Assembly: GCA_041677125.1 (NCBI GenBank)
Contig: JBAYQP010000001.1
Span: forward strand, 2,677 to 66,676
Reading direction: 5' to 3'
Length of the DNA stretch: 64,000 nucleotides
Source of the DNA: Desulfuromonadales bacterium
Lineage (GTDB): Bacteria > Desulfobacterota > Desulfuromonadia > Desulfuromonadales > JACZKF01
Position 1 is the first letter of the stretch, and each line of letters starts with the position of its first letter. The translations under genes and the position numbers were made by a program. The notes below the pieces were generated by a model. The model did no database searches. It was not told the origin of the DNA and saw nothing but the letters and a program-made list of their open reading frames with translations. Positions 10,311 through 21,340 of this stretch are shown piece by piece.

Positions 10311-10313
10311 GCG

Positions 10314-11435
<1,122 letters not shown>

Positions 11436-11623
11436 CTATTCCTTTAGTTAAAACGGTCTCTGGCCGCGGACTTTAACAGAGACCAAAGCGGAAGGCAACC
11501 GATTGCCGGTGCTGGCGAATGAGAGATTCACGGAGCGCCTGAAGCCGTGGGGGATTGGTGGCTACCTCGTTGCGCACAGCCGGTTTTTCCGGTAGTTTGT
11601 CGCCAGATCAGGAGATCATATTT

Positions 11624-12553
11624 ATGCTGACCCCGATACCTTCCATCCTAAGCACCGCAGAATTTTCCCGCCTGCGTTTTCTCCTCGAATTCCAGGAGAC
11701 GGTCCCGGCCGGCGAAGCGGTCCTTTTGCGACTGCGCCGCGATCTGCTTAAGGCGGCGCGCGGGGTTCTCGGTCGAAGCGAGCGCTTTAACCGGCTGTTC
11801 AATCCGCCCGTTGCCGAAGATCCGCTGGCCCGCCGGCGCTTTCAGCGGCCCGGGCCCCCCTTCGTGATCCTCATGCCGGAACCGGTCCCCCATCGGTTCG
11901 AGGCGGGGGATGTTCTGCCGCTGCCGGTGGTTTTCTGGGGGCAGGGGCGGCAGGGGATCGCCGATTTTATTCTGATCATGGAAGCTTTCGGCGAAAGCGG
12001 CATCCATCGCGGTGCAGGGCGTTTTGTGCTGCGGGCCGTCGAAGCCGAGGCTACGGGCGGCCACTGGCTGCCGGATTTCTGGCGTCCGGGACAAAATCCC
12101 GATCGGTTGGCGCCGCCGGTGCACGATGCGCGCTGGTGGTTGGAAACCTCTTTGCCGGCAGAGACCCCGCTTTGCCTCCGCTTGCGCACCCCGACGCGCC
12201 TGATGGCCAACAACCGTCCCCTGTTTCAGGCCACCTTCGCCCGCCTGTTTCCCTTTATCCTGCGTCGGGTCACCTCCATGCTCTATGCCCACTGCGGTAT
12301 TGAAGTCACCGATGAACCGCAGGTATTGATCGCCCGCGCGGCGCGGGTAAACGAACTGGGCAACGATCTGGTCTGGCGCGACTGGCGTGTCCTCGATGGC
12401 CAAACACATCGGCAGGAGTTGGGCGGTTTGGTCGGCGCCCTGCATCTCGGCGGCGAAGAGCTTGAGGAACTGCGCTGGATTCTCGGCCTCGGCACGCTGA
12501 TGAACTTCGGCAAGGGCGCCGCATTCGTGGCGGGAAGCTATTCGCTGACCTGA
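11624..12553 (+). CDS. Cas6/RAMP-like protein (DUF2276/PF10040-type as recalled), orphan
   Basis: 309 aa from ATG 11624, with a GGAGA SD 8 nt upstream. The C-terminal G-L-G-T-L-M-N-F-G-K-G fits the Cas6 glycine-rich loop pattern GhGx5GhG and sits 11 residues from the stop. The composition is Arg-rich. The family assignment rests on motif memory only. Confidence 0.5.
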   Translation: MLTPIPSILSTAEFSRLRFLLEFQETVPAGEAVLLRLRRDLLKAARGVLGRSERFNRLFNPPVAEDPLARRRFQRPGPPFVILMPEPVPHRFEAGDVLPLPVVFWGQGRQGIADFILIMEAFGESGIHRGAGRFVLRAVEAEATGGHWLPDFWRPGQNPDRLAPPVHDARWWLETSLPAETPLCLRLRTPTRLMANNRPLFQATFARLFPFILRRVTSMLYAHCGIEVTDEPQVLIARAARVNELGNDLVWRDWRVLDGQTHRQELGGLVGALHLGGEELEELRWILGLGTLMNFGKGAAFVAGSYSLT

Positions 12554-12621
12554 TTGTTTGGCGCCTTGCGCCGTGGCGACTCTCGGCACAACCCTGCCAT
12601 CCTCGATGCATCTGCCCTTCC

Positions 12622-12650
12622 TTGCCGTCTCCAAGCCGTTTCGCTATAAT
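12622..12650 (+). promoter_or_regulatory. Sigma70-type promoter for the zinc-ribbon gene
   Basis: TTGCCG (12622-12627), a counted 17-nt spacer, then consensus TATAAT (12645-12650), 35 nt upstream of ATG 12686. Confidence 0.55.
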
Positions 12651-12685
12651 GTTTCCACCATTTGCTTGCTGGAAGGGAGCTTATT

Positions 12686-12985
12686 ATGACCGACATCTGG
12701 GAGGAAAGAAAGAAGGCTCTGGAAAACGAGTATTTTCATCGCAAAGAAAAAGAGCAACTGGAGAAGCTTAAAAGTGAGCAGCAGACCAGAAATCCGATTC
12801 GCAATTGCTGCCCGAAATGCGGTGAAACGCTCCGTGCCATGACCTTTCGTGGCGTTCCATTGGATAAGTGCCCTGAATGCGCCGGCGTCTGGCTCGGTCT
12901 GCGGGATTTGCACGCGCTGGCGGAGAAAGACCATCGGACCTGGTTCGACAAGTGGTTTAAGCAGGAGAGTGGCGAAGAAGAGTAG
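12686..12985 (+). CDS. TFIIB-type zinc-ribbon protein (zf-TFIIB/PF13453-like)
   Basis: 99 aa from MTDIWEE, with a GGAAGGGAG SD. A coiled-coil N-terminus is followed by CPKCG...x...CPECAGVWL, which is the GvWld motif of this family. Confidence 0.7.
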   Translation: MTDIWEERKKALENEYFHRKEKEQLEKLKSEQQTRNPIRNCCPKCGETLRAMTFRGVPLDKCPECAGVWLGLRDLHALAEKDHRTWFDKWFKQESGEEE

Positions 12986-13115
12986 CACAATTGGTTATGT
13001 CGGCGGGATGCCCACCCCACCGTTTTTCTTTGCCGGATGCCATTCTTGACCGCCCGAGAGTGGCTGTTAAGCTGAAGGGAATCTGCTCCGTTCGTCATTC
13101 CTTTAAGGAAAAAGA

Positions 13116-15061
13116 ATGAGCAAAAATATCTGGAAACAGGTTCTTTTTATCCTCGCCTTGGTTGTCGCCTTCAATTATTTCTACATCTCCTCGGTTCCCA
13201 CGCAGCAGGAAACAGCCCTCGAAATCAGTTACAGTCGCTTTAAGGGTGAACTGAAAAAAAATAATATCCGCGAGATCACTATCCAGGGCGAGACCGTGCG
13301 TGGCGAATTCAAGCAGGCGGTCGAACGTCCCAGGACCACCGTTGGTAATCAGGCGCCGGTGCAGCAGGTCAGTGTGTTTACCACTCATCTGCCGCCGATT
13401 CGCGATCCCGGTCTGATGGAGACGCTGGAAGCCCAAGAGGTCGAAATAAATATCAAGCCGGAGCAGGAGCCATCGGTATGGACCACGGCCCTCATTTATC
13501 TTCTCCCCTGGGTCTTGATCATTGGCATTTGGTGGGTGGTTCTGCGCGGAATGCGCAAACGCGGCGGAGGCGGCGGCGGGCTGATGGGGAATTTCGCCAA
13601 ATCGGGAGCCCGTATTTACTCGAAGGAGAATTCGCAGATAACCTTTGACGATGTCGCCGGCCTGGAAGAAGCCAAGCAGGAACTGATGGAAATTGTTGAA
13701 TTTCTCAGGCATCCGAAAAAATTCGCCAAACTGGGTGGCAAAGTGCCCAGGGGGGTGCTGTTGGTCGGTCCGCCGGGGACCGGCAAAACGCTTATGGCGC
13801 GCGCCGTGGCGGGGGAGGCGGGAGTTCCCTTCTTCTCCATTTCCGCATCCCAGTTATCGAAATGTTTGTCGGCGTCGGCGCCAGTCGGGTGCGCGATCTT
13901 TTCGGCAATGCCAAAAAAAATGCCCCGAGTATCATATTCATCGACGAACTCGATGCCGTTGGCCGCTCGCGGGGCACCGGTCTCGGCGGCGGCAATGACG
14001 AGCGCGAGCAGACCCTGAACCAGCTTCTTTCCGAACTGGACGGCTTCGAACCGCATCAGGAAGTGATCGTCATGGCGGCTACCAACCGCCCCGATGTTCT
14101 CGACCCGGCGCTTTTGCGCCCCGGCCGCTTCGATCGCCAGGTGGTCGTTGATCGCCCCGATTGGCGGGCGCGGGAAGAAATCCTCAAGGTGCATACCCGC
14201 CTGACCCCGTTAAGCGAGGATGTCGATCTGCGGATCATCGCCCGCGGCACGCCGGGAATGTGCGGCGCCGATCTGGAAAGCCTGATCAATGAAGCGGCCC
14301 TGATTGCCGCCCGGGAAAACCGCGAAAAGGTTTCCATGGATCATATGGAGCGGGCCAAGGATCGCATTCTGATGGGTGCTGAGCGTAAACTATTCCTCTC
14401 CGATGAGGAGAAGAGCATCACTGCTTATCACGAAGCCGGTCATGCCCTTGTCGCGGAAATGACGCCGGGGGCCGACCCGATTCACAAGGTGACCATTATT
14501 CCGCGCGGACATGCCCTCGGGGTGACGCAGCAACTACCCGAGGACGATCGTTACCACTATCAGATGAATTACCTGCTGTCGCGCATCGCCATCGCTCTCG
14601 GTGGCCGGGCATCGGAAAAAATCGTTTTCGGTCAGTTGTCCACCGGCGCCCAGAACGATCTGAAGCAGGCGACCGATCTGGCGGAGAAGATGGTCTGTCA
14701 ATGGGGGATGAGCGAGAAGGTGGGGCCGGTTGCCTTCAGCCGCGGTGAGGAACATCCATTTCTCGGCCGGCGACTGGCGACGGATCAGAACTACAGCCAG
14801 GAAATGGCTTGGATTATTGATCAGGAGATCGAAAAGATCATCCGCGCCGGTGAACAAAAGGCCGAACAGATTCTGCAGGAGCAAAGAAAACCGCTGCAGG
14901 CGCTGGCGGAAGCCCTGCTGGAGGAGGAAGTCGTCGATCGCAAACGGATCCGGGAAATTCTTTCTGAAGCCGGCATGAAAAAGGAGTCGCCGGCCGCCCC
15001 GGTCGCACCCGAGAAATCGGAAGATATGATACCGGCCATGGCCGGAGTACGGGAGTCCTGA
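13116..15061 (+). pseudogene. ftsH: ATP-dependent zinc metalloprotease FtsH, reading frame broken by an apparent 1-nt deletion near 13853-13857
   Basis: Frame A (13116..) encodes two TM helices plus Walker A ([29 protein letters not shown]) and then runs into nonsense. Frame B (from 13862) continues [14 protein letters not shown]...[11 protein letters not shown]...HEAGHAL. The DNA cag-tta-tcg-aaa-tg would read Q-F/L-I-E-M if one base were restored after cagtt. Confidence 0.9.
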
Positions 15062-15271
15062 AATGCGCTGGAAAACCTGTTGGATTTTGACAGCCGCCGG
15101 GCTATGCGCCGGCTACTGCGGCAAGCGTTCGTTGCAAATCCTGGAACGGGATATCGGCAGGGGCATGATGGCGCCGCTGCTGCCGGGTGTGGGAAAAGGG
15201 GAGGGCGGCGCCTCGCCTGGCGCTGAAAAAGTTCAACCGATTTCTTGAACTTACCGGCTAAAGCCACAAGA

Positions 15272-15312
15272 GAAAACAGAAAGGCCTGCGATTTTCGCAG
15301 GCCTTTCTGTTT
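15272..15312. terminator. Bidirectional intrinsic terminator between convergent ftsH and eno
   Basis: Perfect 16-bp stem ACAGAAAGGCCTGCGA-ttt-TCGCAGGCCTTTCTGT, flanked by AAA upstream and TTT downstream. Confidence 0.75.
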
Positions 15313-15337
15313 TGCTGGAACAGATACCGAACAATCT

Positions 15338-16672
<1,335 letters not shown>

Positions 16673-16839
16673 TCAGTTCTATATAGCATATTAAAAGAAA
16701 ATTGGTATCTCTTTTCGCCAGCCTGTTTTGCCGTCCGAGTCATTCCGCAGCGGCAGCAACAAATTGAAAATTGCTTGATTTTTGACCGTCTAAGTGGTAA
16801 TTTAGACGTTCGTAATTTTGCACGGAGACAGGATAATAT

Positions 16840-17832
16840 TTGGATAAGAGCCCTGTGCGGGAGAGGTTTGTTGCCGAAGATCAACATTTGGCCAACCTTC
16901 TTTTCGGTCAACAGAACCGAAACCTGAAACTGATAGAACGCACACTTGGAGTCAGGATAGGTTCCAAAGGGGTCGAGCTGAATATCGAAGGTGAACTCCT
17001 TGCGGTCAGCCTCGCCCGACGTCTCGTCGAAGAACTGTATTCTTTGTTGCGGGAGGGGTATCCTCTCTATCCCACCGATATCGATTATGCCATTCGCATT
17101 CTACGCGCCGACTCTTCCGCCCGGCTTCGGGATATCTTTCTCGACACCATCTTCATTTCCGCCCGCAAGAAGATCATCTCACCAAAAAGCCTGGCGCAAA
17201 AGCAGTACATCGATGCCATTCGGAAAAACGATGTAACTTTCGGCATTGGTCCGGCCGGCACCGGCAAAACGTATCTGGCGATGGCGATGGCCGTCGCATT
17301 TCTGACAAAAAAAGAAGTCAGCCGCATTCTGCTGGTGCGTCCGGCGGTGGAGGCCGGGGAGAAACTGGGCTTTCTGCCGGGGGATCTGGCCGAAAAAGTC
17401 AATCCCTACCTGCGCCCCCTCTACGATGCCCTTTTCGATATGATGGATTTTGAAAAAGGGCAGGCGCTGATGGATACGGGTATTGTCGAGGTGGCGCCGC
17501 TGGCTTTCATGCGCGGGCGCACCCTGAACGATGCCTTCGTCATCCTTGATGAAGCACAGAACACCACCGCTGAGCAAATGAAAATGTTTCTCACCCGACT
17601 CGGTTTTGGCAGTCGGGCGGTGATTACCGGCGACGTAACGCAGATCGACCTGCCCAGCGGCCGATTGTCCGGACTGGTGCAGGCCGTTGATGTTCTGAAG
17701 GGGGTGGAGAGGATCAGTTTCAACTACTTCACCGACCGTGATGTCGTCCGGCATCCGATTGTGCAGGCGATCGTCAAAGCCTATGAACGCAACCAATCCT
17801 TGCCCCCGGCCTCCCGGCCGGCAACGGAATAG
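16840..17832 (+). CDS. phoH: PhoH-like ATPase (YbeZ)
   Basis: 330 aa with a TTG start. It has Walker A GPAGTGKTYLAMA, ILDEAQN and ITGDVTQIDLP. Confidence 0.9.
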   Translation: MDKSPVRERFVAEDQHLANLLFGQQNRNLKLIERTLGVRIGSKGVELNIEGELLAVSLARRLVEELYSLLREGYPLYPTDIDYAIRILRADSSARLRDIFLDTIFISARKKIISPKSLAQKQYIDAIRKNDVTFGIGPAGTGKTYLAMAMAVAFLTKKEVSRILLVRPAVEAGEKLGFLPGDLAEKVNPYLRPLYDALFDMMDFEKGQALMDTGIVEVAPLAFMRGRTLNDAFVILDEAQNTTAEQMKMFLTRLGFGSRAVITGDVTQIDLPSGRLSGLVQAVDVLKGVERISFNYFTDRDVVRHPIVQAIVKAYERNQSLPPASRPATE

Positions 17833-17842
17833 TCGGGGAGTC

Positions 17843-20215
17843 ATGAAGAAGAAATCGAATCAGGAAGCGCAGACCCCCATTGCTGGGCTGAAAGCATTTT
17901 TCAACCGTCTTTTCGGTTTGCAGACAAATGGACAGCATTCGCTGCTGCTGGCGCTGCTGGCACTTGTTCTTACGATCATTATCGTCCCCAAGGGCGGTTT
18001 GATTCCTGACTATTATGCGCCTGGGGATATTGTCTCGCGAGACATCAAGGCGCCTACAGATCTTCTGATTCCCGATCTGCCGCTGACGGAAAAAAAACGT
18101 CTGGAAGCGGAGGATTCCATCCTTCCTCTGTACGATTTCGATCCGGGCACCGCCCAGGATATCACCAATCGTTTGATTCAGGCGTTGGGGCTGATACAGT
18201 CGGAAATCATCAAGGGAAATGCTCCGGAGACTGTGCGGCGGGAAGCCGAGGCGGTCCTTGGCATTCCTTTGTCCGATCAGGAGATGACCGCCTTCGGCGC
18301 GATTCCCCCCTCGCCGGAGTTGATCGTTGAGTTGCGCACCGCGCTGGTGCAGGCTCTTAATCTGAAGGTTGTCGGCAACCTGCAGCTGTTTCAGACCGAC
18401 CGGGAAAAAGGGATCACCGTTCGCAATCTGCCGACCCAAATGGAAGAAGCCGGGAGAGATTTGGAGAGCGTCATCGGACCGGGGCGGGCGCAGGAGCGGA
18501 TCGGCGCTGGGCTGAAAAAAGTGGGGCAACTGGCCGAGAAGGACCGACAGATTCTCTACGCGGTCGTCCAGAAATTGTTCCGCCCCAATCTCACATTCAA
18601 CAAAAGCGAGACGGAAAGCCGCAAGCAGCTGGCCCGGGAAGCGATTAAGCCGGTCCTGTTCCAGGTCAAACAAGGGGAAATGATCATCCGCGAGGGAGAG
18701 CGGATTTCCGAGGATCAGATCAAGAAATTGCGGGCGTTACGGGAATTGGGCAGTGACGCGAGTAATCTGCGCACGGCGTCGGGGCTTCTTCTCTGTATCC
18801 TTCTGCTGTTTTTCATCGCCCATCGCTACGCCCTGATCAATATCCGCAAATACCGGCCCAATACCCGCGATCTCGCTTTTCTGGCGACGACCCTGATCGC
18901 CCAATTTATCCTTATCAAGGTTGCCATCTTCATCTCCAGCGCCCTGGAGAGCGCCTTTCCTTATATCGATTCAAGCAGCTACTACTACATATTCCCCTTC
19001 GCAGCCGGGGCCATGCTGGTGCGTATCGTCCTTAATTCAGAGGTCGCGCTGGTATTTATCGTGCTGTCATCCATTCTGCTCGGGATCATGTTTGGCGACA
19101 ACCTGTTCATCGCCTTTTATGCTCTGGTCGGCAGTCTGGTTGGCGCGCAATGGGTGCGCCAATGCAAGGAAAGAAATACCCTCTATAGCGCCGGATTACG
19201 TCTTTCGCTGGTCAACGTTTTGCTGATTCTCGGTATTCACCTGATGCCAGGCCGCAGTCTGGACATCCAATTCCTGTGGAAATCCGGTTTTGGGTTGGCC
19301 GGCGGCATTCTTTGCGCAGTGATCGTTACCGGCACGATTGCCCTGGTGGAAAGCCTGTTCAAGTACACCACGGATATCAAGCTGCTTGAACTGGCCAATC
19401 TCAATACGCCGGTTTTGCGGGAGTTGATGATCCGGGCGCCGGGGACGTATCACCATTCGATCATCGTCGGCAATCTGGTCGAGTCGGCGGCCGAAGCGAT
19501 TCATGCCAATCCGCTTCTGGCCCGCGTCGCCGCTTACTATCATGACATTGGAAAAATACGCAAACCTTTGTATTTTATAGAGAATCTTGGGAATCAAGAA
19601 AATAAGCACGACAAGCTGGCGCCGTCGATGAGCGCCCTGATTCTCATGTCGCACGTCAAAGACGGGGTGGAGATCGCCCGGGAAAACAAGATCGGCGAAC
19701 CGCTGGTCGACATCATTCACCAGCACCACGGCACGTTCCTGATCAAATTTTTCTATGACAAGGCGAAGAGCAAGGAGGATGCCGGTGAGCGTCAGGTCGA
19801 TGAACGCGACTACCGCTATCCCGGTCCCAAGCCGCAAACCCGCGAGGCCGCCCTGATCATGCTCGCCGACGCGGTGGAGGCGGCCAGCCGCACCCTGACC
19901 GATCCGACGCCGGCGCGCATCCGCGGCATGGTGCAGAAGATCATCAACAACATTTTTATTGACGGTCAACTTGACGAATGCGAGCTGACCCTGAAAGATT
20001 TGCATAACATCGCCAAGAGTTTCAACCGTATCCTCGGAGGGATTTTTCACCACCGGATCGATTATCCCGAGCCGGCATTCAAGGAACGGGAGAAAGAACC
20101 GGCGAAGAGGAAGAACGTTGAGGATCTACATCGAGAACCGGCAAAGGCGACAAAAAGTAGCGAAGTTGAGCCTGCGAAAGGTGGCACGGAGGATCTTAAG
20201 CGTCTTGGGATGTGA
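17843..20215 (+). CDS. 7TM-receptor HD-domain phosphohydrolase (7TMR-HD/YqfF-like)
   Basis: 790 aa from MKKKSNQ, with a GGGGAG SD. It has an extracellular N-domain, a multi-TM core and an HD domain (HHSIIVGNL...YYHDIGK...HHG). It occupies the position between phoH and ybeY, as in the Bacillus phoH-yqfF-ybeY-dgkA operon. Confidence 0.85.
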   Translation: MKKKSNQEAQTPIAGLKAFFNRLFGLQTNGQHSLLLALLALVLTIIIVPKGGLIPDYYAPGDIVSRDIKAPTDLLIPDLPLTEKKRLEAEDSILPLYDFDPGTAQDITNRLIQALGLIQSEIIKGNAPETVRREAEAVLGIPLSDQEMTAFGAIPPSPELIVELRTALVQALNLKVVGNLQLFQTDREKGITVRNLPTQMEEAGRDLESVIGPGRAQERIGAGLKKVGQLAEKDRQILYAVVQKLFRPNLTFNKSETESRKQLAREAIKPVLFQVKQGEMIIREGERISEDQIKKLRALRELGSDASNLRTASGLLLCILLLFFIAHRYALINIRKYRPNTRDLAFLATTLIAQFILIKVAIFISSALESAFPYIDSSSYYYIFPFAAGAMLVRIVLNSEVALVFIVLSSILLGIMFGDNLFIAFYALVGSLVGAQWVRQCKERNTLYSAGLRLSLVNVLLILGIHLMPGRSLDIQFLWKSGFGLAGGILCAVIVTGTIALVESLFKYTTDIKLLELANLNTPVLRELMIRAPGTYHHSIIVGNLVESAAEAIHANPLLARVAAYYHDIGKIRKPLYFIENLGNQENKHDKLAPSMSALILMSHVKDGVEIARENKIGEPLVDIIHQHHGTFLIKFFYDKAKSKEDAGERQVDERDYRYPGPKPQTREAALIMLADAVEAASRTLTDPTPARIRGMVQKIINNIFIDGQLDECELTLKDLHNIAKSFNRILGGIFHHRIDYPEPAFKEREKEPAKRKNVEDLHREPAKATKSSEVEPAKGGTEDLKRLGM

Positions 20216-20573
20216 CGACGGCGAGTTGTCCGTGCTCATCGTCGACGATGAACAGATTCGGGAAATCAACCGCGACTGGCTGCAACGCGATCGTCCCACC
20301 AATGTAATCTCTTTTTCGATGCGGGAAGGGGAGGGGGGGCAAATTCAACCGGGGCTGCTTGGCGATGTTATCATTTCCGCCGAGACGGCTGCCCGCGATG
20401 CCGCCGACGCCGGCGCCGCCTATGCGGACGAACTTCATTTTCTTCTGCTGCACGGTATTCTGCATCTTCTCGGGTACGATCACGAGAGAGGAACCGAGGC
20501 TGAGGCGTTGCGGATGGAGGAGAAGGAACGAGCGATCTTCTCCCTGATCAAGGAGGAGTTTCCCGCGTCATGA
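20118..20573 (+). CDS. ybeY: Endoribonuclease YbeY (rRNA maturation factor)
   Basis: 151 aa containing LSVLIVDDEQIREINRDWLQRDRPTNVISF and the zinc motif HGILHLLGYDH. With the TTG start at 20118 it overlaps the upstream gene by 98 nt. Confidence 0.88.
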   Translation: MRIYIENRQRRQKVAKLSLRKVARRILSVLGCDDGELSVLIVDDEQIREINRDWLQRDRPTNVISFSMREGEGGQIQPGLLGDVIISAETAARDAADAGAAYADELHFLLLHGILHLLGYDHERGTEAEALRMEEKERAIFSLIKEEFPAS

Positions 20574-21295
20574 TGCAGGAGCCGAAGCCAGGCATCAAGC
20601 CGGGGAGTTGGCTTGAGAGCGTCAATTGCGCCATAGAAGGGATCCTCTGGACGGCGCGCTCGCAGCGCCACATGCGGTGGCACTGCGTCGCTGCCGTAGT
20701 GGCTCTCTTTCTTGCTTTGTTCTGGCGCATCAACGCCCTCGAATTTGCTTTGCTCGCCTTGGCCGTCACCCTGGTCCTTTTTGCCGAGTTGGTAAATACC
20801 TCCATTGAGGTGGTGGTCGATCTTGTTTCGCCCAACTTTCATCCGCTGGCACAGAGGGCCAAGGATGTTGCGGCCGGGGCGGTGCTGGTGGCCAGCATCG
20901 GCGCAATGGTAATCGGGTATCTTGCACTGTCGCACCGGGCTCTGCCCGGGCTGGAAGAAGTGGTGGGCTCACTGGCCAAGCAGCCACCGGGGGAGTTGTC
21001 GGTCGTCTCCGGTCTGATTGTGATTATCCTGGTGGTCCTCCTCAAAGCCCGTTATGGCAAGGGAACTCCGCTGCATGGCGGCATGCCGAGCGGGCATGCC
21101 GCTCTGGCCTTTTCCATCGCGACCAGCATTGTCTTGGCCGAGGTTCCGCCGATACTTTCGCTGCTCATTGTCGGGATGGCGACTATGGTTAGCCACAGCA
21201 GATTGCTGCTTAAAATTCATACCCTGCGTGAGGTGATCGCCGGGGCCGTTCTCGGCGTGGGCGTGACCATAGCCATTCATCTTGTTTTCTCGTAG
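20570..21295 (+). CDS. Fusion protein: DgkA-family lipid kinase (N-terminal) plus PAP2-family phosphatase (C-terminal)
   Basis: 241 aa with an ATGA overlap with ybeY. The N-terminal half has AEL(V)NTSIE and AKDVAAGAVL, as in DgkA. The C-terminal half has KARYGKGTP, PSGH and SRLLLKIHTLRE, which are PAP2 motifs C1-C3 with T-for-R and E-for-D variants. Confidence 0.75.
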   Translation: MMQEPKPGIKPGSWLESVNCAIEGILWTARSQRHMRWHCVAAVVALFLALFWRINALEFALLALAVTLVLFAELVNTSIEVVVDLVSPNFHPLAQRAKDVAAGAVLVASIGAMVIGYLALSHRALPGLEEVVGSLAKQPPGELSVVSGLIVIILVVLLKARYGKGTPLHGGMPSGHAALAFSIATSIVLAEVPPILSLLIVGMATMVSHSRLLLKIHTLREVIAGAVLGVGVTIAIHLVFS

Positions 21296-21340
21296 ACTTA
21301 TTGCTATTCCCAAGATCCTGAACAAAGGAGGAAATCGGTT

